The notes: generated from the letters alone by a model not told the origin. 64,000 nucleotides of DNA from Candidatus Latescibacterota bacterium (GCA_965222605.1 OZ244960.1:288001-352000); one strand, 5' to 3'; shown: positions 1 through 12,344, counted from the stretch's first letter. A program made the numbers and translations.

Positions 1-216
1 CCAAAAACACGTTGTAGCCGCCGACGTAATGGTAATGCCGCGCTCGCGCTCTTGAGCCATCCAGTCCATGGTGGCAGCACCATCGTGCACCTCACCCATT
101 CTGCGTAAAATACCCGTATAATAGAGAATGCGCTCAATTGTCGTGGTTTTGCCTGCGTCAATGTGCGCCATAATTCCGATATTTCGGGTGCGCTCCAGGT
201 CGTATTTTCTCACCAT
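1..216 (-). CDS. fusA: Elongation factor G (N-terminal part; runs off the window edge)
   Basis: Manual translation from ATG at 216 gives [35 protein letters not shown], the EF-G G1 motif; lies directly downstream of rpsG. Confidence 0.97.
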   Translation of the reverse strand, partial: MVRKYDLERTRNIGIMAHIDAGKTTTIERILYYTGILRRMGEVHDGAATMDWMAQERERGITITSAATTCFW

Positions 217-225
217 CTTATTCAC

Positions 226-693
226 TTACCAACGATAATGTGCAAATGCGCGATTGGCTTCTGCCATGCGGTGCGTTTCTTCACGTCGCTGCATTGCACG
301 TCCTTGCCCGTTTGATGCATCCATAAATTCACCGGCCAAACGCTGAGCCATCGTCTTTTCGCTTCGTTCTCTGGCAAATAAAATCAACCAGCGAATAGAC
401 AACGCAAGGCGTTCATCGGGACGGACTTCTTCGGGCACCTGGTAAGTCGCACCACCAACGCGGCGCGACCTCACCTTGACAACCGGTTTGACATTGTCAA
501 GTGCCTTTTCAAAAATCTCTAAACCGGAATTCTCACTTCGCTCTTCAACCAGATCAAGTGCCTCGTAAAAAATTCGTTCACCCACACTCTTTTTGCCCTT
601 GCGAAACAAGCAGTTGACAAAACGCGTCACCAACAGACTGCTGTATTTGGGATCTGGAGCCAAGTGTCGTTTTTCCGCTCGCCGTTTTCGCAT
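226..693 (-). CDS. rpsG: 30S ribosomal protein S7
   Basis: MRKRRAEKR...[12 protein letters not shown]...[15 protein letters not shown]; start trimmed to ATG at 693. Confidence 0.98.
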   Translation of the reverse strand: MRKRRAEKRHLAPDPKYSSLLVTRFVNCLFRKGKKSVGERIFYEALDLVEERSENSGLEIFEKALDNVKPVVKVRSRRVGGATYQVPEEVRPDERLALSIRWLILFARERSEKTMAQRLAGEFMDASNGQGRAMQRREETHRMAEANRAFAHYRW

Positions 694-720
694 ATCGGGA
701 TATACCCTCTTTTTACAATA

Positions 721-754
721 AGGGGGATACACCACCAAGGTGGTATCCCCCCCT
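721..754. other. GC-rich hairpin in the rpsL-rpsG spacer
   Basis: AGGGGGATAC-ACCACCAAGGTG-GTATCCCCCCCT inverted repeat. Confidence 0.6.
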
Positions 755-780
755 GTTTATCGAATAATAGGCACTTGAGA

Positions 781-1152
781 TTAACCCGCTTTTTTGGTGC
801 CGTATTTGGAACGACCCTGTTTGCGGTCTTCCACGCCAGTTGTGTCGAGTACGCCCCGAAGAATATGATACCGAACCGAAGGAAGATCCTTGACGCGACC
901 GCCTCGGATGAGTACCACAGAGTGCTCCATGAGATTGTGTCCTTCACCCGGAATATAGGCTGTTACTTCAAGACCATTAGTCAACCTGACACGCGCTACT
1001 TTGCGCAGAGCTGAATTGGGCTTTTTGGGCGTTGTGGTATAAACGCGTGTACAAACACCACGTTTTTGAGGACAGGCTCTCAGAGCAGGTGCAGAAGAGC
1101 GTTTGCGCTTGGCTTTTCGCCCCTTCCGAACCAGCTGATTAATTGTGGGCAA
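781..1152 (-). CDS. rpsL: 30S ribosomal protein S12
   Basis: (M)[11 protein letters not shown]...[25 protein letters not shown]; TTG start at 1152 with AAGGAG Shine-Dalgarno. Confidence 0.98.
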   Translation of the reverse strand: MPTINQLVRKGRKAKRKRSSAPALRACPQKRGVCTRVYTTTPKKPNSALRKVARVRLTNGLEVTAYIPGEGHNLMEHSVVLIRGGRVKDLPSVRYHILRGVLDTTGVEDRKQGRSKYGTKKAG

Positions 1153-1182
1153 CTCAAACTCCTTATTCATTGGGAGACTTAT

Positions 1183-1211
1183 AATATACCAGGTGCAATG
1201 ATAGCTGTCAA
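1183..1211 (-). promoter_or_regulatory. sigma70-type promoter for rpsL-rpsG-fusA
   Basis: TTGACA-N17-TATATT on the minus strand; the -35 box contains the rpoC TGA stop. Confidence 0.75.
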
Positions 1212-4200
1212 GCATTAATTGGAGGTAGTCCAATGCTTTCTGTGCTCTCTTCTGCGAGGGCTTCAAAAACCTGCGATTCTTCCATCACATCTGTATCCAA
1301 ATCGCGGTATTTCAAAGCACCTGTACCGGCGGGAATAAGGTGTCCGATAATCACATTTTCCTTTAATCCCAACAGCGTGTCAACTTTGCCCTGCACTGCT
1401 GCTTCGGTAAGCACTCTTGTAGTTTCCTGAAAAGATGCTGCAGAAATGAAACTCTCGGTCAAAAGAGAGGCTCGAGTAATCCCCAACAAGACGGGATTGT
1501 GAGTTGCGGGATCGCCCCCTTCAGCGAGAATCTTGTCATTTTCATCGAGGAAGCGGAATCGGTCAACGAGTTCGTCTTCGAGAAAATTGGTATCTCCAGG
1601 ATCTGTCACCTGCACTTTCTGCAACATTTGCCGGACGATAGTTTCAATATGCTTGTCATTGATTTTAACACCCTGGAGCCGATAAACCTGCTGAATTTCG
1701 TCAACGAGATACTCCTGGACTTTTCGATCTCCCAAAATAGCCAGAATATCGTGTGGATTTACCGAGCCTTCAGACAGACGATCACCCGCGGTTACGCGAT
1801 CACCTTCCTGTACGCGCAGATGTCGTCCGTAGGGAATGGTGTATTTTTTTTCTTCGCCCTCATCAGCAGTAACCAGGACAATGCGCGAGCCTCTCACCAT
1901 ACCGCCAAAGCGCACCGAGCCGTTGATTTCTGTTACCACAGAGGCCTCTTTGGGCCGACGCGCCTCAAAAAGTTCAGCCACACGCGGCAAACCACCTGTA
2001 ATATCTCGTGTTTTGCTGCGTTCACGCGAAATTTTAGCCAGCGTATCACCAGCTGCTACCTGGTCGCCATCGTGCACTACCAGTCGCGCCCCCAGGGGAA
2101 TGATGTAATGGCCCAGTTCTTCGCCATTTTCATCAACAACCAAAATCTGCGGCGATAAGGTGCGGTCTCGGTGCTCAATCACGACTAATCCGGCAATGCT
2201 GGTGGTTTCATCGATCTCTTCGCGATATGTCACCCCTTCTACGAGATCCACAAACTGAACCCTACCAGCGTTGGGCGATACAATCACATTGTTATAAGGA
2301 TCCCATTCGTAGAGTGCCTGGTCCTCTTCCACATTTTGGCCCTCCTGCACCCGCAACACGGCTCCATGCGGCACATGGTAGTGCCCTCCCCGTACACGGC
2401 CCTGATCATCTTGCACTTCGATTTCGCCATTTCGACCGACCACAACCCACGAACCTGCATCGCGCTGGACAAACTCGAGATGCTTAAAGATAACTATTCC
2501 CGCACGCTTTGCACCAATCTCGGCCTGTTCGGCAATGCGGCTGGAAGTACCCCCAATATGAAAGGTGCGCAATGTCAATTGCGTTCCTGGTTCGCCCACA
2601 CTTTGCGCTGCGATAACACCCACGGCCTCTCCAATATCAACGGGTAGCCCGGTGGCGGGGTTGCGACCATAACAGGCTATACAGACCCCTCGTCGGGTTT
2701 CACACGTCAATACGGACCGCACAAAGACCTGATCTATACCTGCATCGGCAATTTTGTCAGCCAATTTTTCATCCAATAAAACGCCTGCTTCAACAATGCG
2801 GTCCCCCGTAATGGGATCTTCTACATCATCCTGGACCGTGCGTCCTACAATGCGGTCAGACAGCGATTCAACAACTTCTTCGCCTTCTTTCAAAGCTTCC
2901 ATCTCAATGCCCAATATCGTTCCGCAATCAGTTTCAGAAATAACCACATCTTGCGATACATCCACCATACGACGCGTCAAGTAGCCCGCTTCGGCGGTCT
3001 TCAAGGCCGTATCGGCCAGCCCCTTGCGACTGCCGTGCGTCGAAATAAAATACTCAAGCACGGTCAGACCTTCTTTGAGTGACGAAATAATAGGCGTTTC
3101 AATAATTTCGCCAATCGCTCCTGTCAATTTCTTTTGCGGTTTATTCATCAGCCCGCGCATACCGCCGAGTTGCTTGATCTGATCGTCGTTGCCTCGCGCG
3201 CCCGAGTCCTTCATAATCCAGATCGAATTGAAGCCCTCTTCGGCTTTTTCAAATGCACCAATCATGGCCTGGGCAATGTGATTAGTCGTATGCTGCCACA
3301 CATCAATCACTTTGTTGTAGCGTTCGCCCTCAGTAATAGCCCCGATCGCGTGTTGTTCAATAATTTTTTCGACTTCGACCATAGCACCGGTAATCAATTC
3401 TTCCTTTTCGGGAGGCACGACTACATCGCTCACCGCAATCGAAATACCCGACCGAGTCGCATAATCGTATCCCAATTGCTTCAAGCCATCGAGAAAATCT
3501 GTCGTAATGCGGTTGCCATACCGACTGTGAACTTCAGAAGAAACTTTGCGGATACCTTTGTCATCGATCAATTCATTGATAAAAGGCATCATTTCGGGCA
3601 TAATTTCATTAAAAATGACGCGCCCAACCGTGGTTATTAAAAGCTCACCATCAATGCGAACGCGTACGGCTTCGTGCAGGCCAATGCGTTCAAAATCATA
3701 CGCCATGCGAGCTTCACCAGTACTGCTAAAGGTTTTGAGGTTTTCTTCCTTGCCGTGAACAATTTTTGTCAGATAGTACAGACCCAGCGCTATTTCCTGG
3801 GGTTTATCAACCACCACAGGAGACCCATCGGCAGGTTTGAGCAAATTGTTTGAAGACAGCATCAACACCCGCGCTTCAATCTGGGCCTCGAAAGAAAGTG
3901 GCAGGTGCACGGCCATCTGATCGCCGTCAAAATCGGCATTAAATGCTGCACAGACCAGAGGGTGAATGCGAATGGCTTTGCCTTCTACGAGCACAGGCAA
4001 AAATGCCTGAATGCCCAGACGATGCAATGTCGGAGCGCGGTTGAGCAAAACGCAGTGATCCTGGATAATTTCTTCAAGGATATCCCATACTTCGACGCGC
4101 TCGCGTTCGACTAATTTTTTCGCACTTTTAACGGTTTGAACGAGGCCTTTTTCTTCGAGCCGCCGAATAATAAATGGCTTGAATAATTCCAGAGCCATAT

Positions 4201-5299
4201 GTTTGGGCAGCCCGCACTGATAAAGCCTCAAATGAGGATCGACCACAATCACAGAACGGCCTGAATAATCGACGCGTTTACCCAAAAGATTCTGACGGAA
4301 TCGGCCCTGTTTACCCTTGAGCAGATCGGAAAGCGACTTGAGGGATCGGTTGCCATCACCGCGAACAGCGCGAGACCGACGACCATTGTCAAACAGGGCA
4401 TCTACAGCCTCTTGAAGCATACGTTTTTCATTGCGTAAAATGACTTCGGGCGCTTTGATTTCAATCAGTTTTTTTAGCCGATTATTTCTATTGATCACGC
4501 GGCGATACAAATCATTGAGATCCGACGTTGCAAACCGCCCGCCCTCTAAGGGTACAAGAGGACGCAAGTCGGGAGGGATGACGGGAATCACATCGAGAAT
4601 CATCCAATCGGGCTGATTATCCGATTGACGGAAAGCTTCAACGACCTTGAGGCGTTTGAGCGCCTCTTGTTTGCGCTGCACCGAAGTCTCGAAACGAGCT
4701 TGCGTTCGCAGTTCAGCAGATAGATCCTCAATATCGATCGCCGCCAACAGTTTTTTGATAGCGCCAGCCCCCATATCGACCTCGAATGAATACCCTTCAT
4801 CTTCGAGATCAATCACCTCATCTTCAGTGAGCAAATCCTTGGATTTGAGATCGGGCGCATCGCCGGGATCGAGCACCACATAAGATTCGTAGTAAATGAT
4901 CCGTTCGAGATTGCGAACGGAAAGATTGAGCAAATATCCCATGCGAGATGGCAGAGACTTAAAAAACCAGATATGTGTCACTGGAACAGCCAATTCGATG
5001 TGCCCCAGACGTTCTCGTCTGACCTTCGATTGGGTCACTTCTACCCCACACCGATCGCACACCACCCCCCGGTATCGAATGCGCTTGTATTTACCGCAAT
5101 GGCACTCCCAGTCTTTGACAGGACCAAAAGTGCATTCACAAAATAATCCGTCGCGCTCGGGCTTAAAAGACCGGTAATTGATGGTTTCAGGTTTGGTAAC
5201 CTCGCCGCGTGACCACCCGCGGATGGTATCTGGCGAAGCCAGTTGAATACGAATAGAATTAAAGTCTAAGGGTTGATTGGCAAAATTGGTATTGGCCAC
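1208..5299 (-). CDS. rpoC: DNA-directed RNA polymerase beta' subunit
   Basis: 1363 aa; [12 protein letters not shown] catalytic motif, N-terminal zinc finger, [19 protein letters not shown]. Confidence 0.99.
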   Translation of the reverse strand: MANTNFANQPLDFNSIRIQLASPDTIRGWSRGEVTKPETINYRSFKPERDGLFCECTFGPVKDWECHCGKYKRIRYRGVVCDRCGVEVTQSKVRRERLGHIELAVPVTHIWFFKSLPSRMGYLLNLSVRNLERIIYYESYVVLDPGDAPDLKSKDLLTEDEVIDLEDEGYSFEVDMGAGAIKKLLAAIDIEDLSAELRTQARFETSVQRKQEALKRLKVVEAFRQSDNQPDWMILDVIPVIPPDLRPLVPLEGGRFATSDLNDLYRRVINRNNRLKKLIEIKAPEVILRNEKRMLQEAVDALFDNGRRSRAVRGDGNRSLKSLSDLLKGKQGRFRQNLLGKRVDYSGRSVIVVDPHLRLYQCGLPKHMALELFKPFIIRRLEEKGLVQTVKSAKKLVERERVEVWDILEEIIQDHCVLLNRAPTLHRLGIQAFLPVLVEGKAIRIHPLVCAAFNADFDGDQMAVHLPLSFEAQIEARVLMLSSNNLLKPADGSPVVVDKPQEIALGLYYLTKIVHGKEENLKTFSSTGEARMAYDFERIGLHEAVRVRIDGELLITTVGRVIFNEIMPEMMPFINELIDDKGIRKVSSEVHSRYGNRITTDFLDGLKQLGYDYATRSGISIAVSDVVVPPEKEELITGAMVEVEKIIEQHAIGAITEGERYNKVIDVWQHTTNHIAQAMIGAFEKAEEGFNSIWIMKDSGARGNDDQIKQLGGMRGLMNKPQKKLTGAIGEIIETPIISSLKEGLTVLEYFISTHGSRKGLADTALKTAEAGYLTRRMVDVSQDVVISETDCGTILGIEMEALKEGEEVVESLSDRIVGRTVQDDVEDPITGDRIVEAGVLLDEKLADKIADAGIDQVFVRSVLTCETRRGVCIACYGRNPATGLPVDIGEAVGVIAAQSVGEPGTQLTLRTFHIGGTSSRIAEQAEIGAKRAGIVIFKHLEFVQRDAGSWVVVGRNGEIEVQDDQGRVRGGHYHVPHGAVLRVQEGQNVEEDQALYEWDPYNNVIVSPNAGRVQFVDLVEGVTYREEIDETTSIAGLVVIEHRDRTLSPQILVVDENGEELGHYIIPLGARLVVHDGDQVAAGDTLAKISRERSKTRDITGGLPRVAELFEARRPKEASVVTEINGSVRFGGMVRGSRIVLVTADEGEEKKYTIPYGRHLRVQEGDRVTAGDRLSEGSVNPHDILAILGDRKVQEYLVDEIQQVYRLQGVKINDKHIETIVRQMLQKVQVTDPGDTNFLEDELVDRFRFLDENDKILAEGGDPATHNPVLLGITRASLLTESFISAASFQETTRVLTEAAVQGKVDTLLGLKENVIIGHLIPAGTGALKYRDLDTDVMEESQVFEALAEESTESIGLPPINA

Positions 5300-5329
5300 G
5301 AGAGAACCCCCTTTTCAAATCTTATGTCG

Positions 5330-8300
5330 TCAGTCAATTTGCGCGTTTTCGAGTACCACGTCCAAACACAGGCTTTGCAATTCTTTAACCAGAACATTAA
5401 ATGATTCTGGCACGCCGGGTTCGGGTGGGTTTTCTCCCTTCACAATGGTCTCGTAAATTTTGGATCTGCCCGCTACATCGTCGGATTTGACAGTGAGCAT
5501 TTCCTGTAACATGTGTGCAGCACCATAAGCTTCGAGTGCCCAAACTTCCATTTCTCCAAAGCGCTGTCCGCCAAACTGGGCTTTGCCACCCAAAGGTTGC
5601 TGTGTGACCAGTGAATAGGGTCCAATCGAACGCGCGTGAATCTTATCGCTGACCAGATGCGACAGTTTCAACATATAAATGATGCCGACCATCACTTCTT
5701 TATCAAATGGTTCCCCTGTTTTGCCATCGTAAAGAAGCGTTTTTCCGTTTTCGGGCAAACCAGCTTTTCGCAACATATCCTGGACATCGTCCATGCTCGC
5801 GCCATCAAACACAGGGGTCGCAAAGTGAAGGTCCAGTTTGTGGGCTGCCCAACCCAAATGGGTTTCGAGGATTTGGCCGAGATTCATGCGAGAGGGAACA
5901 CCGAGTGGATTCAAAACCAGATCAATAGGTGTACCATCGGGCAAATAGGGCATATCTTCTTCGGGCACGATAATCGAAATCACACCCTTGTTGCCGTGTC
6001 GTCCGGCCATTTTATCCCCTACCATCAGCTTTCTTTTTCGGGCGACATAGACCTTGACCAGTTGCACAATGCCCGGCGGGAGTTCATCTCCACGCGCGAT
6101 TTTTTCAAGCTCTCGCTCGCGTTCTTCTTCTGCCTGCTGCATCACGTGGGCGGCCAGTTCAATCAATCGATCCACCCTTTGGCTTGTCGCTGGACTGTCA
6201 CACCAATCCCCGTCGGGTATCACTGTGCCCAAGTCAAAATTTTCCAGTGACCTTTCATTCAACGCCGTGCCAGCTTTTACAACCACCTCGCCGTCTTCAT
6301 CGCGCAGGGTATTGACTCTGCGGTTCTTGAGAAGAGCCAGGACCTGCTGATCGCGGCTTTGTTTTAATGACTCAATCTTGGAGGAAATGCGTTTCCTGGC
6401 CGATCTGGTCTTTTCCTTGTCTTCATTTCGCGTCTTTTCGTCGCGTTCTTTGCGAGAAAAAACTTTGCGATCCATTACCACGCCATCCATTCCCGGGGGG
6501 GCTTTGAGCGATGCATCGCGTACATCGCCGGCCTTTTCGCCAAAAATCGCACGCAACAAACGCTCTTCGGGCGACAATTCAGTTTCGCCCTTTGGGGTCA
6601 CCTTCCCAACGAGAATATCGCCCTGATTGACTTCTGCCCCCACGCGAATAATGCCGTGCTCATCGAGATTGCGAACAGCCTGCTCACTCACGTTGGGAAT
6701 TTCACGCGTAATTTCTTCTGTGCCGCGTTTGGTATCGCGAACCTGGAGCTCAAACTCTTCAATACTAATTGACGTGAAAATATCCTTTTTAATGAGCCGC
6801 TCAGAGACAATAATGGCATCTTCGAAATTGTACCCATGCCACGACATAAACGCCACGAGCACATTGGCACCGAGCGCGAGATCTCCTCGATCTGTGGCAC
6901 AACCATCGGCCAATAACTGCCCCTTTTCAACTTTATCACCAACCTTTACAACTGGACGCTGGTTGATACAAAAATCTTGATTAGATCGCTTGAATTTGGT
7001 CAGGTCGTAAATGTCTTCATCAGACAGCGAAATGGTTTCAATACTGCGACTCTTTCTGCGCTTAACAACAATTTTGTTGGCACTGACATATGTCACAACA
7101 CCGGCGTTTTTCGCAATGATCACAGCTTTTGAATCAACGGCAACTTTGTGCTCGAGACCTGTTCCAACACGCGGGGCATCCGTAATTAAGAGAGGCACAC
7201 CTTGCCGCTGCATATTAGACCCCATCAACGCTCGGTTGGCCTCATCGTGCTCAAGGAAAGGAATGAGTCCGGCGGCGGCACTCACAAGCTGGACGGGTGA
7301 AACGTCCATATAGTCAATCGCTTTGGGACCGATCACGGGAAAATCGCCACGCCGCCTCGCCTGCACGACATTATTTTGAAACTCGCCCTTGTCATCAAGA
7401 GCCAGATTGGCCTGTGCAATGGTATGGCGATCTTCTTCGTCGGCAGGCAAATACACAATATCCTGTGTAACTTTGCCATCTTTGACCTTCCGATAGGGCG
7501 TCTCGAGAAAGCCAAAGGGATTGACCTTGGCATAAGTTGCCACAGACACAATCAGGCCGATATTTGGACCTTCAGGCGTTTCGATGGGACAAATGCGGCC
7601 GTAGTGCGTGTGATGTACATCGCGCACCTCAAACCCCGCCCGATCGCGCGTTAATCCTCCCGGCCCTAATGCCGACAAACGGCGTTTGTGGGTCAGTTCG
7701 TCAAGCGGATTGATTTGCTGCAAAAACTGCGACAATTGGCTGCTGCCAAAAAAGGCTTGAACCACAGTAGATACAGTCCGCGCGTTGACCAGATCATGGG
7801 GGGTAAGTTGCTCAGAATCACGCAAACTCATACGCTCTCTAATCGTGCGCGCCATGCGTGCCAAACCAATACTAAATTGCTTGGAGAGCAGCTCGCCAAC
7901 AGAGCGCACCCGCCGATTGCCCAAATGATCGATATCATCGGTAAACCCTCCCCCCATAGCCAGGCTGAGTAGATAGCCAATGACTTTAATAAAGTCATCA
8001 ATACACAGCATGGTGAAGTCAAGCGGAATATTATCGACCATATCCAAACGCTGGTTAATGCGATAGCGCCCAACAGTACCCAGATTATAACGTCTGGGAC
8101 TAAAAAAATGTCGCTCAAGCAATCCGCGAGCAGTTTCAATATTGGGTGGATCGCCTGGGCGCAGCAGGCTATAAATCCGCGAGAGTGCTTCTTCCTCATT
8201 GTCACACGGATCTTTGTCCAGCGTATTGGTAATAATCCCGCCATCGTTTTCGGGATCGATATCCATTGCGGTAATTTTGCCGATCTGATTTTCCTGAAGC

Positions 8301-9103
8301 GCAACGATATGCTCTTCCGTCAACGTGGTATATGCTTCTACTATCACTTCTCCTGTCTTTTTATTTACCACATCTTTAGTAACAACGCAATCGACGAGTT
8401 CTTCAGTAACTTTAACTGTGGCATCGCCGTGAAAAATGCCCAAAATTTCCTCGGACTTGTCAAACCCCAAAGCTCTCAATAAAGTCGTGACTGGCAATTT
8501 GCGTTTGCGGTCGATATGAACGTACATAATATCGTTGATATCGAGACTAAATTCGAGCCATGCTCCGTTGTCGGGAATAATTCTGGCGGAAAATAAACGC
8601 TTGCCATTTGGATGAATAGAATCGTCAAAAAATACGCCCGGGGACCGGTGTAATTGGCTGACGATCACGCGCTCTGAACCGTTGATGACAAATGTACCTT
8701 CATCGGTCATCAACGGCAGTTCGCCTAAGAATACCGTCTGCTCGACGATATCTTTAACGCGAAATTTGCTATTTCCCTGTTTTTCTCGAGAAATCAGACG
8801 AAGCGTTGAACGCAGAGGCACGGCATAAGTCGTACCGCGTTCGAGACATTCTTGCACATCGTATTTGGGAGTTCCAACGGAATAATCTACAAACTCTAAA
8901 GAATAGAGATTGTGGGCGTCTGTGATCGGGAAGATACCGTGGAAGACCGCCTGGAGGCCCTGTTTCTCGCGTGCTCCAGGCGGTGTATCCTTCTGTAAAA
9001 ACCAGTCATAAGAATCGAGCTGGATATCCAGCAGATTCGGCATTTCGATTGCAGACGTGAGAGTTCCATACGATTTCCGGTCAATAAATCCTCTATCTGC
9101 CAA
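5330..9103 (-). CDS. rpoB: DNA-directed RNA polymerase beta subunit
   Basis: 1257 aa; [30 protein letters not shown], rifampicin region [10 protein letters not shown]...[12 protein letters not shown]. Confidence 0.99.
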   Translation of the reverse strand: MADRGFIDRKSYGTLTSAIEMPNLLDIQLDSYDWFLQKDTPPGAREKQGLQAVFHGIFPITDAHNLYSLEFVDYSVGTPKYDVQECLERGTTYAVPLRSTLRLISREKQGNSKFRVKDIVEQTVFLGELPLMTDEGTFVINGSERVIVSQLHRSPGVFFDDSIHPNGKRLFSARIIPDNGAWLEFSLDINDIMYVHIDRKRKLPVTTLLRALGFDKSEEILGIFHGDATVKVTEELVDCVVTKDVVNKKTGEVIVEAYTTLTEEHIVALQENQIGKITAMDIDPENDGGIITNTLDKDPCDNEEEALSRIYSLLRPGDPPNIETARGLLERHFFSPRRYNLGTVGRYRINQRLDMVDNIPLDFTMLCIDDFIKVIGYLLSLAMGGGFTDDIDHLGNRRVRSVGELLSKQFSIGLARMARTIRERMSLRDSEQLTPHDLVNARTVSTVVQAFFGSSQLSQFLQQINPLDELTHKRRLSALGPGGLTRDRAGFEVRDVHHTHYGRICPIETPEGPNIGLIVSVATYAKVNPFGFLETPYRKVKDGKVTQDIVYLPADEEDRHTIAQANLALDDKGEFQNNVVQARRRGDFPVIGPKAIDYMDVSPVQLVSAAAGLIPFLEHDEANRALMGSNMQRQGVPLLITDAPRVGTGLEHKVAVDSKAVIIAKNAGVVTYVSANKIVVKRRKSRSIETISLSDEDIYDLTKFKRSNQDFCINQRPVVKVGDKVEKGQLLADGCATDRGDLALGANVLVAFMSWHGYNFEDAIIVSERLIKKDIFTSISIEEFELQVRDTKRGTEEITREIPNVSEQAVRNLDEHGIIRVGAEVNQGDILVGKVTPKGETELSPEERLLRAIFGEKAGDVRDASLKAPPGMDGVVMDRKVFSRKERDEKTRNEDKEKTRSARKRISSKIESLKQSRDQQVLALLKNRRVNTLRDEDGEVVVKAGTALNERSLENFDLGTVIPDGDWCDSPATSQRVDRLIELAAHVMQQAEEERERELEKIARGDELPPGIVQLVKVYVARKRKLMVGDKMAGRHGNKGVISIIVPEEDMPYLPDGTPIDLVLNPLGVPSRMNLGQILETHLGWAAHKLDLHFATPVFDGASMDDVQDMLRKAGLPENGKTLLYDGKTGEPFDKEVMVGIIYMLKLSHLVSDKIHARSIGPYSLVTQQPLGGKAQFGGQRFGEMEVWALEAYGAAHMLQEMLTVKSDDVAGRSKIYETIVKGENPPEPGVPESFNVLVKELQSLCLDVVLENAQID

Positions 9104-9175
9104 GGGCTCACGCTCCTGTGCTGGAAGGCTAACGGTCAGTTACGGATTTGTACACTGCACAAACTTACGACAACC

Positions 9176-9550
9176 CTATTTGAGTTCCACCACCGCACCG
9201 GCTTCTTCCAGTTCTGCCTTAACCTGTTCAGCTTCTTCTTTTTCTACGCCTTCTCTGACGGTATTGGGGGCCCCATCAACCAGAGCTTTGGCTTCTTTAA
9301 GGCCCAACGAGGTAATGCTGCGAACAACCTTGATCACCTGAATTTTTTTGTCTCCAGGAGAAGACAAAATCACATCAAATTCTGTCTGCTCTTCAACAGC
9401 GGGAGCAGCATCACCGCCACCGCCGCCAGGTGCTGCAACAACAGCTGCCTGTGCAGTCACGCCAAACTTTTCCTCAAGTGCTTTGACCAATTCAGCCAAC
9501 TCGAGCACCGAGAGTTTTTCAATTTCGCTAATAATGGATTCAACAGCCAT
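9176..9550 (-). CDS. rplL: 50S ribosomal protein L7/L12
   Basis: [19 protein letters not shown]...[10 protein letters not shown]...[10 protein letters not shown]; GGAGG Shine-Dalgarno before ATG 9550. Confidence 0.98.
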   Translation of the reverse strand: MAVESIISEIEKLSVLELAELVKALEEKFGVTAQAAVVAAPGGGGGDAAPAVEEQTEFDVILSSPGDKKIQVIKVVRSITSLGLKEAKALVDGAPNTVREGVEKEEAEQVKAELEEAGAVVELK

Positions 9551-9595
9551 GAACATACCTCCGTCCAGCAATGAATTGGGTGTGTGATAAGCGGT

Positions 9596-10129
9596 CTATT
9601 CGCCGCCTTCTTCCTTTTTTTTCTCAGCAACAGCTTGAAGTGTACCAACGAGTTTTTGCAAAATGCCATTCAGCGTAAAAGCAAGGCCACTTATCGGGCT
9701 TTGTATTGCAGATACCATCTGGCCCAGCAGAACATCGCGCGAAGGTATTTGAGCCAGTCTCTCGATCTGGTCTGCGACAAATATCTCGCCATCAATATAC
9801 CCGGCTTTAATCGTGGGCTTGCCATCGGTTTCTTCAGCGAATTTGGTCAGCACGCGGGCCGGTGCTATGGGGTCTTCGTCGGCGCAAACAAGCCCCGTGG
9901 GACCGAGGAATACATCGTCGAGCCCTTCGACTCCGGCTTGTTTAATAGCCAATTTAGCCAACCGATTTTTTATTACGCGGTAGGAGACCGATTCTTCGCG
10001 AAGTTGCTTTCGCAACAGGGTAATTGAAGGAACGTCTAACCCCGTAAAATCAGTTAGATACAACCCTTTGGCCCGTTTTAAGATATCTGTCAATTCTGCG
10101 ACAGTAGCCTCTTTTTGAGCAGTTGGCAT
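9596..10129 (-). CDS. rplJ: 50S ribosomal protein L10
   Basis: DFTGLDV...LRKQLR...VIKNRLAKLA; lies between rplA and rplL. Confidence 0.96.
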   Translation of the reverse strand: MPTAQKEATVAELTDILKRAKGLYLTDFTGLDVPSITLLRKQLREESVSYRVIKNRLAKLAIKQAGVEGLDDVFLGPTGLVCADEDPIAPARVLTKFAEETDGKPTIKAGYIDGEIFVADQIERLAQIPSRDVLLGQMVSAIQSPISGLAFTLNGILQKLVGTLQAVAEKKKEEGGE

Positions 10130-10146
10130 TTCTGTACCTTTCTCAA

Positions 10147-10848
10147 TCAATTGGCCGCCAGCGCCGTGCGGTCCAGGCGAATACCCGGCCCCATAGTAGT
10201 CGATAATGTGACCGAACGCATGTATTGTCCTTTTGTAGCAGATGGACGCGCTCTGATAATTGCATCGATCAATACCTGAGCATTTTCCTGAAGGCGCTGT
10301 GCATCAAAAGACGCTTTGCCCACAGGCGTATGTACATTGGACGTTCTATCGACCCGATATTCTACGCGCCCCGCTTTGGCTTCCCGCACCGCACGCGCCG
10401 CATCGGGCGTCACTGTGCCACTCTTGGGATTGGGCATCAGGCCTCGAGGTCCAAGAATGCGTCCCAATCGTCCGACCTGTCCCATCATGTCGGGCGTGGC
10501 AACAGCCACATCGAAATCCGTCCAGCCGCCATTGATCTTTTCCACCAGGTCTTCGGCTCCTACAAAATCTGCACCCGCCGCTTCGGCAGCAGTAGCGGGC
10601 TCGCCCCTGGCAAAAACTGCAACGCTCACGGATTTGCCCAGCCCGTGTGGCAAGACGACTGTGCCGCGCACGAGTTGGTCGGCTTGCCGCGGATCAATGC
10701 CCAGCCGAAACGAGAGCTCAACCGTTTCGTCAAATTTCCGAATAGGCATTTTTTTTAAGATGTCAATAGCGTCGGCCAGACCGTAATGCGTTTGGCGGTC
10801 AAAAAGTGCAGCCGCTTGTTTATAGCGTTTGGATTGCCCTCGTGCCAT
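10147..10848 (-). CDS. rplA: 50S ribosomal protein L1
   Basis: KFDETVEL...LPHGLGK...[19 protein letters not shown]...STTMGPG. Confidence 0.98.
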   Translation of the reverse strand: MARGQSKRYKQAAALFDRQTHYGLADAIDILKKMPIRKFDETVELSFRLGIDPRQADQLVRGTVVLPHGLGKSVSVAVFARGEPATAAEAAGADFVGAEDLVEKINGGWTDFDVAVATPDMMGQVGRLGRILGPRGLMPNPKSGTVTPDAARAVREAKAGRVEYRVDRTSNVHTPVGKASFDAQRLQENAQVLIDAIIRARPSATKGQYMRSVTLSTTMGPGIRLDRTALAAN

Positions 10849-10860
10849 ACATACCTCCGG

Positions 10861-11286
10861 TCAATTGTTGACGGTCAGCCCCATACTACGAGCTGTTCCC
10901 GCAATCATGCGCTTGGCAGCCTCGATGCTGGCCGCATTGAGGTCTTGAACTTTCATTTCTGCAATTTCCTGAAGTTGGGCATCGGTCACGGACCCCACTT
11001 TGTCTCGGTTGGATTCTGGCGACCCTTTGACAATCCCCGCTGCCCTCTTGAGCAATACGGCCGCAGGTGGACTCTTCAACTCAAAAGAAAAACTCCTGTC
11101 CGCGTAAACCGTGATAATTGCGGGAATTATCAAACCCTGTTTATCCTGAGTTTGTGCATTAAAAGCTTTGCAAAATTCCATAATATTGACGCCGTGCTGT
11201 CCCAAAGCTGGACCAACCGGTGGTGTGGGCGTCGCCTGCCCAGCGGGAATTTGCAACTTGATTGTTGTGAGAATTTTTCTGGCCAT
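10861..11286 (-). CDS. rplK: 50S ribosomal protein L11
   Basis: [35 protein letters not shown]...GTARSMG. Confidence 0.98.
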   Translation of the reverse strand: MARKILTTIKLQIPAGQATPTPPVGPALGQHGVNIMEFCKAFNAQTQDKQGLIIPAIITVYADRSFSFELKSPPAAVLLKRAAGIVKGSPESNRDKVGSVTDAQLQEIAEMKVQDLNAASIEAAKRMIAGTARSMGLTVNN

Positions 11287-11298
11287 TGATACCTCTTG

Positions 11299-11835
11299 TT
11301 ATCGCGATTCGATAGCTTCTTCAACCTGCAAGACATCTAATTCCACGGGTGTGTTGCGCCCAAAGATGCTAACCATCACTTTGATTTTGCTCTTTTCTGG
11401 ATTGATGTCGTCAACCAGCCCAATAAAATCGCTGAAAGGTCCATCGATCACCTTGACCCGATCGCCTACTTGATAGGGAACATCAGAGGTTTCCTCGACC
11501 GGACGACGCTCAATTTGCCCCAAAATGCGGTTCACCTCTTCTTCTCGCAGAGGTTGTGGTCTTCGGCCTGGACCGACAAAGCTCGTCACACCCGGTACAC
11601 TGGTGACAAAATAGAGAGACTCTTTGTCCATATCCAGTTCAACCAAAAGGTAACTGGGCAAAAATTTCTTGAGGGAGGTCGTTTTCCGTCCATCCTTCAT
11701 CTCGACGACTTCCTCAGTTGGCACAATCACCCGACCAATTTTGTCGCCAACATCGATGTTTTCTTTGGCGGCCTCAATATAGCTCTTGACCTTATTTTCG
11801 TGCCCAGAATAGGTGTGGACAACGTACCATTTCAT
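11299..11835 (-). CDS. nusG: Transcription termination/antitermination factor NusG
   Basis: KWYVVHTYSGHENKV NGN domain and KOW motif (VKVIDGPFSDF...VSIFGRNTPVEL). Confidence 0.97.
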   Translation of the reverse strand: MKWYVVHTYSGHENKVKSYIEAAKENIDVGDKIGRVIVPTEEVVEMKDGRKTTSLKKFLPSYLLVELDMDKESLYFVTSVPGVTSFVGPGRRPQPLREEEVNRILGQIERRPVEETSDVPYQVGDRVKVIDGPFSDFIGLVDDINPEKSKIKVMVSIFGRNTPVELDVLQVEEAIESR

Positions 11836-11865
11836 CGGTCGAAAACTCCCTGACAAAAAATCCCG

Positions 11866-12051
11866 TTAAATCAGGATAAACGCCATAATACTCGCCAAAA
11901 AAGTATCTACAATATAAATGAATCCGGCCAGTACAAGTGACAATATAAGTACAATTATAGTCGATGATTTGAGTTCGTCACGAGTAGGCCAGGTGACCTT
12001 TCCCATTTCAACGTGCACTTCGCCGAGAAATTGACTGATTTTATCAAACAT
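11866..12051 (-). CDS. secE: Preprotein translocase subunit SecE
   Basis: FLGEVHVEMGKVTWPTRDEL followed by one TM helix; canonical position upstream of nusG. Confidence 0.93.
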   Translation of the reverse strand: MFDKISQFLGEVHVEMGKVTWPTRDELKSSTIIVLILSLVLAGFIYIVDTFLASIMAFILI

Positions 12052-12066
12052 AAGAAAATATAAAAA

Positions 12067-12142
12067 TGGCAGGCCAGGCAGGACTTGAACCCGCAACCGT
12101 CGGTTTTGGAGACCGATGCTCTACCAGTTGAGCTACTGACCT
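12067..12142 (-). tRNA. tRNA-Trp (CCA)
   Basis: AGGTCAGTAGCTCAACTGGTAGAGCATCGGTCTCCAAAACCGACGGTTGCGGGTTCAAGTCCTGCCTGGCCTGCCA; cloverleaf with encoded CCA end. Confidence 0.96.
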
Positions 12143-12154
12143 ACCCAAAAATAA

Positions 12155-12230
<76 letters not shown>

Positions 12231-12255
12231 GTTGGGAATTCCCCACTTGAGGTTC

Positions 12256-12332
12256 TGGAGCGGGAAACGGGACTCGAACCCGCGACCCTCAGCTTGGAAG
12301 GCTGACGCTCTGGCCAACTGAGCTATTCCCGC
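12256..12332 (-). tRNA. tRNA-Gly (TCC)
   Basis: GCGGGAATAGCTCAGTTGGCCAGAGCGTCAGCCTTCCAAGCTGAGGGTCGCGGGTTCGAGTCCCGTTTCCCGCTCCA. Confidence 0.96.
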
Positions 12333-12344
12333 CCGGCTATGTAT

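Noticed and set aside
1233-9341. Many antisense and alternate-frame ORFs within rpoB/rpoC (and likewise in other long genes)
   Set aside because: Shadow ORFs with no ribosome-binding sites or recognisable motifs.
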